Below, piece after piece: positions 38,001-54,840 of a stretch of DNA of 64,000 nucleotides. The DNA is taken from the NCBI RefSeq assembly GCF_009914755.1, contig NC_060931.1, one strand, 5' to 3'. The position numbers and the translations under genes were made by a program. Numbering within the stretch: position 1 is the stretch's first letter; every line of letters begins with the position of its first letter. The DNA comes from the human T2T-CHM13v2.0 reference genome, Homo sapiens. Under the pieces are notes generated by a model. The model saw only the letters and a program-made list of their open reading frames with translations. It ran no database searches and was not told the origin of the DNA.

Positions 38001-39249
38001 CAAACAGTTTTGAGCTCTTTCATGTCTTTGGGTCTTTGCTTCAAATAAACATGGTTTCTTTTCCAGCCAGGTAAACTCCTACTTATCAGTAAACCTTTGT
38101 TCAAAATCATCTCCTCTGTGAAGTCACCATGAACTCCCTCCTAGTAGGTTACTCATCCTTCTATGCTCCTGTAGCATGCTCTGTACTAAAAAACTTTTAG
38201 TCTTTAATGTACCATGTGCTAATTCATTTACCCATAATATCCACATGTGCTGTGTTTTGGTTGCACACATCCATGTGCACATGTGTGTGGGGGTGTACAT
38301 GCATGCAACATGTGTGTGGGCCCTACGTGTGCACGTGTGTGTGGGTGCACACACCCACACACATTCCTATCAAAGAGGGGGCTTCTGGACCTCATTCTGA
38401 TCACCTATTCACTCTTACATGCCCCCTAGTGCTTTCCATGTAGCGGCACTCAGCAATGGTGGGGGAATTTATGGAACAAACAAACGAAAACCATTCCGTA
38501 GAAAAAAACTCATTTTATACCTCTGGCCCTCAATTTCCCTTCTTATTTATAGTTCTTCTATAAAACCTGGAGAGTAATTTAAGTGTTCTCTAAAATCTTA
38601 TGATTCTGTGAAATAGTGGGCCAAGATTGTGATTTCAATGGAAGAAAGACTGGCAAGTCCTAGGTACAAAGTCTGCTCAAGAAGCAGGAGTGAAGGCCAT
38701 GGCTTCCAAAGAGCACCTTTGTTAGGTGATCACCTTTTCTACAGATCGAACCAAATCCTCTGTTCCTTTTTGTAAATGCTGTCTCCAAACACTAGCACTT
38801 CTGTTTCATTACAGAGAAGCAAAGGAAACTAAATTATTAGTTTACAATCTAATTTGAAGACAAGAATATTATCACAAACACATACATAAAATGAGAAAAT
38901 AAAAGAAAAAACTCTCACCAAATAACATGTGATGCAACTTTTAAATTTCCTCAACATGAGATGTCCCCAAAGGGGTGTCCTGGAATACTTTTGTTGTCAG
39001 GAAATGATTTGCGCACTCAAGTTGTAAGAATTTAAAAAAATCTACTTGAGATATTTTTCTAGAAAAGACTAACCGAACAAGGGCTTGACCATCAACGAAA
39101 TAGTTTTTACATGGGAAAAAAGCGCTTAAGATAACCCAGGAAACTTTCTTGACTGTATTCACTATCTTTAGAATGGAACATTTACCAAAGTTTTCTCAAT
39201 GAAGAAGCCGTGTCATTACCTAAGCACAATTTATAACGATCTATCACCT

Positions 39250-40850
39250 GGGGAGGAAAAATGGCGACTACGTAAGAACGGGAGGGGGTTGGAGGTAAGC
39301 CTTAGGGGAAGTATCGTGAGGGCCTTTCTTTATTTTCCATTTCTCCTTTCGTTGTTGGCGAATATCAATGAAGTGTGAGCAGCATCAACCGCAGGAGTAC
39401 CAACTGGGAATCACCCTGACCGAGCCTTGCTTCCTTTGAGCACCGGGAGATCAAGGAATTCATTTGTTGTTTACTCATTTGAGATTCACCCCCTACACAC
39501 CATCTACACAAGTTGTAAAAAAAAAAAAAGAGACAGAGAGAGAGAAGGCAGCAGCAGCGCCCACTCACAGCAGGGAACTCCGAGGTTTTACCTGTCTTTA
39601 ATTTATGCAGCATTTTCCAATTGTGCCATCCCGGCAGGTGTGACCGCTTTTTTGCGGAGCCTCAGTGCTATTTTACCTGCTTGAGTCTGTCAAAAACCCA
39701 TTTGTATGCGCCCGGCTAATGTGCTAGAAATAAAAGCCCCAACCTGTCAAGTAAACTCTCTGCACCTGTACGAAGCAGTTAAATTGTTCCATCTGCCATT
39801 AGCCCGGGAGATCAAAGGCCCTTCCTGGGAGGGGTGCCCGAGGACCAAAGCAAAGGATGGAGCTCCCTGTCTTGGAGTTTAAGAAGACGGGGACGACGAG
39901 GAGACAGTAGAGAGAGGGGTTAACAACCCGGAGAAAAGAATCCCGCAGCCCCGGCCTGGCTCGGCTACCTGAAGGCGCTTTTGTTTGACTCAGGCGCGCC
40001 AGGAGCACATTCTTTCACATTAGGAACCGCAGGGGAAGACATTCATTCACTCCTTTTTTTTGGTGACGTAGCTGGGGCATTCATGTGTTTTTAACCTTGA
40101 ATAATTTTTGCCTCTAAGCTCCAAACAAGTTTTATCCTGTCCACAGGTCAGTTTTGTTACAGAGGCCAATTAGCAGTGCTACCTTCGCCTGCGGCAAAAA
40201 GCCAAGTAATGACCGGGCAAGCCCTGCGGAGGGGTGATGAATAACTCCGGAGAGCTGTAATTTGAAAGGGGGGCCTTTGAAGCATTTACCTTACATGGGA
40301 CGCCATTGTCCCTGCAGGGTGTTTGATCTTAAAATAATTTACTTAATGATCTCACCATGGGAGCAATTGGCAGAGCAAGATTAGGCTGTAAGGCCTAATG
40401 GACATGGGAAAAGTTAAAATTGCTCAGAGAAAGGTATGTACAGCGCAGAGATTCGTCGGTGTTGTGTCTTCATTACTAACGGGGTGAAAAGCCCGGCTGA
40501 CTGCCATCGCTCTGCAAAGCTCATCAGAGAAAACCAGCAGATGCGGGCCTCTCCTGGGATGTGGGCTGAGCGCGTTCCCTCTTTCCTGCATCTCTGCATT
40601 TGTGGGAATTAGTGATCTTATTCTGTTTTTTCAATCTATGTTTTGTTTTTTGTTTTTTTTTTTGCAACTGTGGAGCGGCTGTCCTGGGAGTACACACAGG
40701 AGCAGAGGAGCATCCCCAGGGCAGGTTTCTGAGCAGGAATTAGAGGCGAATAAAAATGTGAAAGTAAGCCATGTTTTGTCCCCTTTAAGTTGGCAAACAT
40801 GACATCAAGTAGACACAGCAATTATTTGACATTGTTATCCCGGGCCTAAA
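39250..40850. promoter_or_regulatory. Candidate CpG-enriched developmental enhancer / promoter
   Basis: No recognisable repeats; 10 CpGs counted in 39841-40020 versus a depleted background; YY1 AAAATGGCG (39258), TCF/LEF AGATCAAAGG (39809) and CTTTGAA (40275), SOX CATTGT (40304), homeobox CCAATTAG (40166). Confidence 0.55.
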
Positions 40851-42497
40851 TATGGTTTTTTCCTTTAGAAAATAAAAATTTAAATGTAAGCCCCTGTTTA
40901 ACGTATTTATAACTCATATCTACTTGTGTTTTCTTACCTACACATCAATTATGCTTATATGATAATTGCAAGAACTATCTCAGTGTTGCATCTAGAAGTG
41001 TAACATTTCAGGTTTAAATATCTTTGTAATTTTGCTCTTTCAGCTGTTCAGCATTTGCTTACTGCCACAGCCTCTTGTTGCAAAAATTATTTTTCCCAAT
41101 TTATAGAATTGGAATAGACATCTTAAGTGAATATCCAACAGGAAAAAAAGCAACCTAAGGTCTGTATTGCTGTGTATGTATTTGATGCTACAACTAAGAA
41201 AGTGTGAAGTGATAGAACATGAATAATTAATAAGTGAGCAAATTTCTTCTCTAATGCAAAGTCCACCTAAGTGAATCTCAGCAGCCTACCCATGTAGCCC
41301 AATATCTTGATATGTGTTCTTCCCTGGAGGAAAAAATACAACCCAGAAAATGTATCTAAATATGTCATCAGGAAAGTTTCAATACATGTTACTTGTGTAA
41401 AATAGAAATACTTTGAGCTCAGTAGAGAAGTCTGATTTCCCAAGATCTACAACTTTTGCCTGTGTCTGGTAGGACAATGGAATGAAATATTTTTCATTCA
41501 CTGCAAATCAAGTAGTTGTGAGCATAAGTACTAATATGCATGTGTGAATTGGAGGTAGCACAAGTGTTCTCCATAAGTTTGAGGCTTTTTTGAAATTTAG
41601 CCTATGGAGTCCATTGCTGGCTTATCTATTGAGATTTACCTGAGAATCTCTACCTACCAAAATACAGTAGACTTCTCTTAAACTTGTCTTTTTGTCTCTT
41701 ATCTACAGTGGGAAATTAACAACTTATGCTTTAAACATTTCTGCTTTGACACAAGGAATTAACTGAGGCTATATATGCTTTGTTCATATATTCTACTTGT
41801 TAAAGTACTTGCTTTATGTCTTAACCTTTTTCAACTGGCAAAAATGAGATGCCATTTGTAAAATGAGATATCAAGCACACATGGTTAATGTGGAGATTAA
41901 GGTGACATCATGTATGTGGAACACACAGGACTGACACAGAACAGATACTAACTAAAAGTTCTCTCCTACCCTATGCTCTGGAAACAACTTTCAATCGCCA
42001 TAGCCCTCCATGATTAGCTTTTTTTTCTCCATTTACACTTGTGATCCAGTAATTGTTACAAGGGAAGCTGTTTTCAGTGGGTAAAATTGAATGAGAAGAT
42101 TGTTACAAACATCTAAACTTTCTGGGAGAAATTAGGTAAGTCCAGGCCATCCCAAGGCTGTGAGCACTAATCTAAGGATCCCAGTTTCCTGATTACTGGG
42201 TGGCTGGTGAGAATTCCTTTCCTCCATCTTCCCTTTTTTTCTCTTTTCATTTTTCCCGATGCTACCATTTTTAAAAATAATCTTCATGTGATTTCAGTTG
42301 TTTGTTGTCATAAGTGATATGATTTGATATCAAGGTAAGATAATTTAGAAGCCAAGAAGGGAATTATCCTCATCAAAAGACAAATTAATGCTGATGAGAG
42401 AACAATAAAAAAGGATAACTGGCAAGAAAAGAAATTGTGAGTTTTAATGTGAAAGTCAGCATTTTGCGTAATAGCAGGAATTACGCCTTAGGGAAGC

Positions 42498-42775
42498 CTC
42501 TTTTTCTCTCTGCCTCTTCTTTCTGCTTTGCTCAGTTCTCCCTCTTTCTGATATCTCTCCCTGTCTTCCCCCTGTCTTTCCAGCTCACCCTCTCTCCTCC
42601 TTTATCTGTGTATCTCTCCATTTCCCTCTCCTCCTTCCTGTCACCCTGCCCATATTTCCATTTGCCTCCCTCCCTCCCCTGTCTCTCGCTCCTCTTCTGA
42701 GTGTGTCCCCATCTCTGTCTCTCCCAGTGTGTGTGTTTTTCCATGTCTGCTGGCTCTTTGTCTCTATTTCTCTCT
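42498..42775. repeat. CT-rich low-complexity tract
   Basis: About 280 bp that is almost entirely pyrimidine on the + strand. Confidence 0.85.
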
Positions 42776-44330
42776 GAAAATCCAGGATGTAAATTACAAG
42801 ATCAAAGCTGAGTATGTGGATAATTGCCTTTTTGGGGGGATCATCAATCTGTAATAATTTGCTTTTCCAAGTAAAAGCTGTGAATTGGCAGGTTCACTCG
42901 CAGCATCTCCCAATCTGCTAGGGACCTTAGATGTCAAGGAGCACTTGACCATCACACCCAGCAAATGCTGAGCCATCTCGGGCACTTGCACATAGCAAGG
43001 AGGCCATTGCTCTGCAGAGTTTTAGCATTCATGCTGAAGGATGAGTCAGAAGGAGAGGGGTGAAAAAGAACAAGGTCGAGGTCAAGGCACTCGCCCTCCT
43101 CCTCCCGCCCAGCTCTCCTCCCGCCTTGCACTGATTGCTGTACTATGTGTCAGAGGTATTCCCACTGGCCTAGAACCATCATCTCATCCAGAAGACACAT
43201 AAATTCCACCCAGGTAGTTCTAAAATCACCCAGCTGATCATTCAATTTATATACAGTATCAAGTGTTCATTTCATAGCTGCTATTTCAGTCCTACTGACC
43301 CTACAGGTCCTTGACATGTGCTTTGCCGGAGCCCTCCAGAGATGTAAGAGTAACTTTTTAGCACTTGCAGAAAAAGCAATTGAAGTTCATTTCTCACAGA
43401 TTACCAGGCCCCATCAGAAATGAAGGTGTCATAAAGCAGGCATCGGACAATTTTCAAATGTCCATCGCTGTCAGTGGAAAGAGCCTGCCATGGTGACCAG
43501 TGGATCAGACCAGGCACATTGGATTTGTTGCTGTTTCTCAGTACACTGTGCTCCCTTGCATGAGGGTCTGTAGAAGCACATGGATGTCACTGGAAGATTA
43601 AGACATCTGGCTGTATCTCTATTACATTTTCATTTTATTTTTTCATTTTTCATCTTAGATTTCTCCCTTTATTTTTGCATAATCCAGGCGTGGCTGTGCT
43701 GACTTCAGAGAGGAATTGTTGGTGGCTTAGCAACAGCTGCACACACAGCTTCCAGAGGGAATGGAGGTGAGCAGCATCTGTTCTGTCTTTGCTAAGAGCT
43801 TTGCTCTCTTGGTCTATGTTGAAGTCTAGGAGAGAAGACCTGCTAGGTAAAATGGAACAACTGCATTGCTTAGGGCACTGCTTTCAGATCACCTCAGACC
43901 ATGGGCCCTTCTGAGCTGTGCCCATTTCTCTTTTCCTGTCCCTCAAAAGATATCCCCTAGATCCTGTCTTCTAATTCCCCACCTCTGCTCCGTGCTTTAT
44001 CCCTCCTACTTAATTCCCCTCCCCACACCTACTCTATCTGAGTCAAGTTCATATAAGATGAGTTTCTGCTTGAGAACTTGAAAGATGCTCAAGTTCAGTT
44101 CTAAGATGGGTAGCATGATAATTGTTGAAGTGCTATGACCAATCTTTAGAAATGCTTTACCCAAGATGGTAGGAACTTCTGGGGCAGTCATTTTGCCCAG
44201 AAGTCTAGGACAAGGATCTCCACGGACTCAAAGATTGCTATAGATTTGAGGAAACAAAAATGAGCTTTCTCGTGATGTGTTTTTATTTCCAGCGCTTTTT
44301 AAATGTTAGAAATAAAAAGCCCAATTCTTA

Positions 44331-44538
<208 letters not shown>

Positions 44539-44569
44539 TCACTGGAAAATTTGGGTTTTTAAAGATATA

Positions 44570-44871
44570 TTTTCTTTTATTATTTTTTGGACAAGATCTT
44601 GCTCTATCACCCAGGCTGGAGTCCAGTAGCACGATTATAGCTCAATACAGCCTCAAACTGCTGGGCTCAAGTGATTCTCCCACCTCAGCCTCCCAAATAG
44701 CTGAGACTATAGGCACACGCAGCTACACTGGCTAATTTTTTTTTTATTTTTTGAAGAGTGAGAGTATTGCTATGTTGTCCAAGATGGCCTCAAATGCCTG
44801 ACCTCAAGGGATCCTCTTGCCTCAGCCTCCCAAAGTCCTGGGATTTCAAGTATAAACCATCGCGCCCAGCC
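44570..44871 (-). mobile_element. AluJ-like
   Basis: Diverged dimer with AluJ-type ATAGCTCA..CAGCCTCAAACT.CTGGGCTCAAG. Confidence 0.92.
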
Positions 44872-45413
44872 TAATTGCTTGTTTTTTTTTTTTTCTTAAA
44901 CAAAATGACTGCCAAGGACAACTTCAAAATTTCCATCTTCCAAAATTCTTATCCGGACCCTTCCAATCACATTCACATTATCTTTGAGTTGTCTTAACAT
45001 TTTTCTTTCAGCTGTCATTTCTCTCACACTTCTCAAGGACAAACATCAGTAGCAATTTAACTTTAAAATCGTGATGGGGGGAGTGGCTTTTTATTTGTCC
45101 AAAGTAGATGTTTTTTAGTAGATATTTTTTGTAGGTGTAGTGTGGAAAGTGGACTACTTATAAGACTTTCAGAAAAGTATATAACAATGAGATTCCTGCT
45201 GTTAGCGCAATAATTCCTAACAAATCAGATTTTGGTGTTACAGGAAGAAGGGAACTAATATTAATATTTGATTGCCTCCAGAGCAACGAGTGTGTGGAAG
45301 ATCGGGGATTTGAAAGCCTGTTTCTTCTGATGGACACTAGGTGGTAGTTGTAATGCTTTCACCCTCCCCAGTGTAAAACATTCATTAACAGTAGTAATGA
45401 TAATAATTCTTAC

Positions 45414-46186
45414 TGTAGGGCACTGCTCAGAGCACCCACCTCTCTCAAGACCCACACTCAGTCCTCTGGCTGCTGATGGTTCTCAGCCAAAATCCTCTCT
45501 AGGAATTTTTGTCCTCTGCTTAAGGGATGACTTCTCTCAACGTTAGCCGCCTCCTTGGGAGCAACCTACCTCCAAAATTTGGTTGATTGGGGAGTACAAA
45601 ACTGCTCTACACTCAACTTGGAGATGGATTTTTTTATAATGACAAGGGAGTGTGGATTCTGTTTCTTTCTCTCTCATTCATCCACCCAGGGGCATGTGGG
45701 AGGGCGAGGGAGGGTGACAAGTATCTAGAGAGATGAAGGCAGGATGAGGAGGGGAAATAGTGTGGCGGAAGGCAGGATCCCAGTTCCAGTTTGAATTTTG
45801 GCTGGAGGTGACATTGGTTGCTTGGGAAGCTGATGGAGAAGGGGTTAGCTTGGCCCTACCCATGAAGGGTAGGGGCTTAGGGTTAGCTCCTCAACATCAT
45901 GCCCCTTTCTGTCCCCAGACACATGTGCCCTCTTTCACCTCCCAACAAGAAGCTCAAGCCCCTTGCCTCAGTGTGGAGCTCCTGAAGGGAAGGGCATTCA
46001 GCTCCAGAGCTCCCTGTGGGGCTGGCTGAGGTTTGTCTTGTTCCTTATGTTGCAGTTCAACTCCTCCCTCTCAGCAATCCTGTCTTTGTTATGTCTCTAG
46101 AGGTATTGATCCCCAGAGACTTCCCAATAAACTTTCTGCGTATAAACTTCCATGTCAAAGTCTTTCCCACAACCTGCCTGGAGACA
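45414..46186 (+). mobile_element. LTR16-like (ERVL) LTR with an unassigned internal segment (~45640-45985)
   Basis: TGTAG start; TTCAGCTCCAGAGCTCCCTGTGGG..CAGTTCAACTCCTCCCTCT..CCCAATAAACTTTCTGC..GAGACA end. Confidence 0.6.
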
Positions 46187-46966
46187 CTTATATTCATAAA
46201 ATATGTCAGTTTAAAAATGTCACTATGTGTTACTGCTTATAGTGCATGTAACAAACTGAGGTTCAGGAAAGTATAGTGGCCTTTTCAGGGTCACACATCA
46301 AGGAAGTGCTGGACCTAAGACAGAATCGAAGCTCTCTGCCTCCTGGTCCAAGGCTCTTATAAGTGCAACAAATGGAAATTATAAAGGTGTCTCTACAGAA
46401 CTATTCCTAAAAATGTTTCCTGGAGATGATTCCTTTTTGTGGTTTCACTGTCACCATTTATTTTTTTCCTCGGGTGTTTACTTTTTCCCCTCCTCAAAAC
46501 TTTCTTTCTCCAGTCCCAGCCCCTCCCCTTTTGCAGTGCTTTCATTATGACAGTGAGGGAAGAAACAAATACACAGGCTCCCAGAGACATCAATACTTCG
46601 GCACTGGAGACCTGCTTGCCCTCAGTTTTGTTTCTGTCTAGAACAGCCCACAAGGATGTGGTGACAGAGAGATGCTTCCCTGACTACCTATCTTAGACAC
46701 CTACTTCTTATGCTCACATCTGTTTTTCTTTTCTTATTTTATTTTATTTTATTTTATTATTATTATACTTTAAGCTTTAGGGTACATGTGCACAACGTGC
46801 AGGTTTGCTACATATGTATACATGTGCCATGTTGGTGTGCTGTACCCATTAACTCATCATTTAGCGTTAGGTATATCTCCTAATGCTATCCCTCCCCCCT
46901 CCCCCCACCCCACAACAGTCCCCAGTGTGTGATGTTCCCCTTCCTGTGTCCATGTGTTCTCATTGT

Positions 46967-50808
<3,842 letters not shown>

Positions 50809-50856
50809 TTATTTTGCTCGTTAGTTGATGCAGTTTCTTCCTAGCATCGATGGTCT

Positions 50857-51872
50857 TTACAATTTGGCATGTTTTTGCAGTGGCTGGTACCGGTTGTTCC
50901 TTTCCATGTTTAGTGCTTCCTTCTGGAGCTCTTTTAGGGCAGGCCTGGTGGTGACAAAATCTCTCAGCATTTGCTTGTCTGTAAAGTATTTTATTTCTCC
51001 TTCACTTATGAAGCTTAGTTTGGCTGGATATGAAATTCTGGGTTGAAAATTCTTTTCTTTAAGAATGTTGAATATTGGTCCCCACTCTCTTCTGGCTTGT
51101 AGAGATTCTGCCAAGAGATCAGCTGTTAGTCTGATGGCTTCCCTTTATGGGTAACCTGACCTTTCTCTCTGGCTGCCCTTAACATTTTTTCCTTCATTTC
51201 AACTTTGGTGAATCTGACAATTATGTGTCTTGGAGTTGCTCTTCTCGAGGAGTATCTTTGTGGTGTTCTCTGCATTTCCCGAATTTGAATCTTTGGCCTG
51301 CCTTGCTAGATTGGGGAAGTTCTTCTGGATATTATCCTGCAGAGTGTTTTCCAACTTGGTTTCATTCTCCCCGTCACTTTCAGGTACACCAATCAGATGG
51401 AGATTTGGTCTTTTCACATAGTCCCATATTTCTTGGAGGATTTGTTCATTTCTTTTTATTCTTTTTTCTCTAAACTTCTCTTCTCGCTTCATTTCATTCA
51501 TTTCGTCTTCCATCACTGATACCTTTTCTTCCAGTTGATCGCATCAGCTACTGAGGCTTCTGCATTCATCACATAGCTCTTGTGCCGTGGTTTTCAGCTC
51601 CATCAGCTCCTTTAAGGACTTCTCTGCATTGGTTATTCTAGTTATCCATTCGTCTAATTTTTTTTCAAAGCTTTTAACTTTTTTGCCATTGGTTCGAATT
51701 TCTTCCTGTAGCTCGGAGTAGTTTGATCGTCTGAAGCCTTCTTCTCTCAACTCGTCAAAGTCATTCTCCGTTCCGCTTTGTTTTGTTGCTGTTGAGGAAC
51801 TGCGTTCCTTTGGAGGAGGAGAGGTGCTCTGATTTTAGAGTTTCCAGTTTTTCTGCTCTGTTTTTTTCCCAT
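50857..51872 (-). pseudogene. Disrupted L1 ORF1p
   Basis: Fragments ..EIWDYVKRPNLHLIGVPE.. and ..ARREWGPIFNILKEKNFQPRISYPAKLSF..QKHAKL in different frames. Confidence 0.92.
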
Positions 51873-53436
51873 CTTTGTGGTTTTATCTACCTTTGGTCTT
51901 TGATGATGGTGACATACAGATGGGTTTTTGGTGTGGATGTCCTTTCTGTTTGTTAGTTTTCCTTCTAACAGACAGGACCCTCAGCTGCAGGTCTGTTGGA
52001 GTTTGCTAGAGGTCCACTCCAGACCCTGTTTGCCTGGGTTTCAGCAGCGCTGGCTGCAGAAGAGCGGATATTGGTGAATCGCAAATGCTGCTGCCGGATG
52101 GTTCCTCTGGAAGTTTTGTCTCAGAGGAGTACCCAGCCATGTGAGGTGTCAGTCCACCCCTACTGGGGGGTGCCTCCCAGTTAGGCTACTTGGGGGTCAG
52201 GGACCCACTTGAGGAGGCAGTCTGCCCGTTCTCAGATCTCAAGCTGCATGCTGGGAGAACCACTACTGTCTTCAAAGCTCAGTTGGAAATGCAGAAATCA
52301 CCCGTCTTCTGTGTCGCTCACGCTGGGAGCTGTAGACCGGAGCTGTTCCTATTTGGCCATCTTGACTCCTCTCAACCACATCTGTTTTTCAAAGCAGAAT
52401 TTCATCAGAGCTGATGTTCCAATCTTCTTATTGGCAGAAGGCAAGGTTTTCCTCAATCAAATAACCCTATAAGCATAGAGGCTGTTGGAACATTTCAACA
52501 GTTTCAATCAACTGTTGGAAACATCTTGGGCCCATCTACCTAATTCACAATACCCTCTAGTATCCTCTTGGACCCTGAGTTCCTGGGTTTAGAAAGCTGA
52601 AAATGTTCTTCACTCTCCTCAGTGAAAATCCTATGGGGATCTATCCATTGTCTGATGTTCCAGAGCTTCCAAGGCCCTGGGGGATTTCCACCTTACCCTG
52701 TAAATCCTCTCTGACTGACTGGTAAGCAGCTCATACCAATTAGCTTTCTTTTACAGTCCCAGAACAGGTGTTTGGAGGAACCCAAGCTTCTTAGGTACTG
52801 TGTTTTGGTTCTGACCCTTGATTTTGCTTTTTTCTGGTGCCTTTAAAAAAAAAAACAATATTTTGAGACACAGTTAAGTCTGTTCTGACTCATTCATTTT
52901 GGGATGATTTCACTCAATGTACCACCTCCTGCAAAATCTGTGTCCCCAGGATGTGCACTCAGACTGAAGAAGTGGGAAGAGCAGGTCAACTTAGTGGCCC
53001 TATGGCCCCTGTATCCCTCACTTTTGTCACTAAATACTGGCACTCACACGCTAGTCCTTTGTTTACTCCTGGGCCCCTGTGTAGCATTATGATCTTGTAA
53101 AAAGTTGTACTCTGACTGAGTGTACAGCATATATGAGTGTTTTAGTTAAATCTCATGTATCCTGAGCATGACTTTTTTTTTTTCATTCAACGTATGTTTA
53201 TCCAGGTAAAACAAATGTTAGGAACAAAGTTAAGTAACTGGCACAGACTGTTGTTGTACAATACATGGAAACTACAGTATCCCGTACACTAATGAAAGGG
53301 AGGCAGAACAGACTTTGGAGAACTTGTGACAACTGCAATATTTGGTAGTAGAGGGACATATATCTGCCAGAGAAGAGTCTATTATCTCTCCTTCTCACTA
53401 TAAATAGACTTAGAGAAGTTAGCAAAGGCAAGTTGA

Positions 53437-53781
53437 CTTTATTTTATTTTTGAGATGGGGTCTCACTCTGCTGCCCAGGCTGGAATGCAGTGGTACAGTC
53501 ACAGCTCACTGTCGCTTCAACCTCCCCAGGCTCAGGTGATCCTCCCACCTCAGACTCCCAAGTAGCTGGAACTACTTGGTTCCATGCCTGGCTACATGCC
53601 ACCATGCCTGGCTGATTTTTATTGTTATTATTATTATTTGTAGAGATGGAGTTTCACCATGTTGCCTGGTCTCAAACTCCGGATCACTCCGTCTCAAACT
53701 CCGGATCGCTCCTCCTCAAGCGATCTGCCCACCTCGGCCTCCCTAAATGCTGGGATTATAGGTGTGAGCCACAGTGGCCAG
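53437..53781 (-). mobile_element. AluJ-like with two internal micro-duplications
   Basis: Diverged reverse dimer; GTCTCAAACTCCGGATC(A/G)CTCC twice in tandem; CCATGCCTGGCT twice. Confidence 0.9.
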
Positions 53782-53830
53782 CTAAACTTGATTTTAAATT
53801 AACTTTAAAAAAGGGGCTAAGGGGCTTAGG

Positions 53831-54569
<739 letters not shown>

Positions 54570-54589
54570 TTATCTCCCACCCTGAGAGG

Positions 54590-54840
54590 TAGGGGTTAAA
54601 AGTATAAACTGAGGAGCCACGTTTTCTAGGTTCTGATCTCCCCTCTGCCAATCACCGGCTGTGTAACCTCGGGCAAGTTACTTAACCACTCTGCTCCTCA
54701 GTCTCTTCATCTGCAGAATGGAGGTCCTAGTAATAGGCTTATTGTTAAAATTAAACAAGGGAGTTAATACTGAAGTCCTTACAATAGAACTTGGAAGGCC
54801 TATTAAATGTACTTATGTGTTGGATATTATTTTCTTACTA
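54590..54840 (+). mobile_element. MIR
   Basis: GGCTGTGTAACCTCGGGCAAGTTACTTAACCACTCTG.TCCTCAGTCTCTTCATCTGCAGAATGG. Confidence 0.85.

Noticed and set aside
45330-45348. CTCF-like motifs (TGGACACTAGGTGGTAG here; similar at ~15425)
   Set aside because: Mismatches at core positions; not supportable without ChIP data
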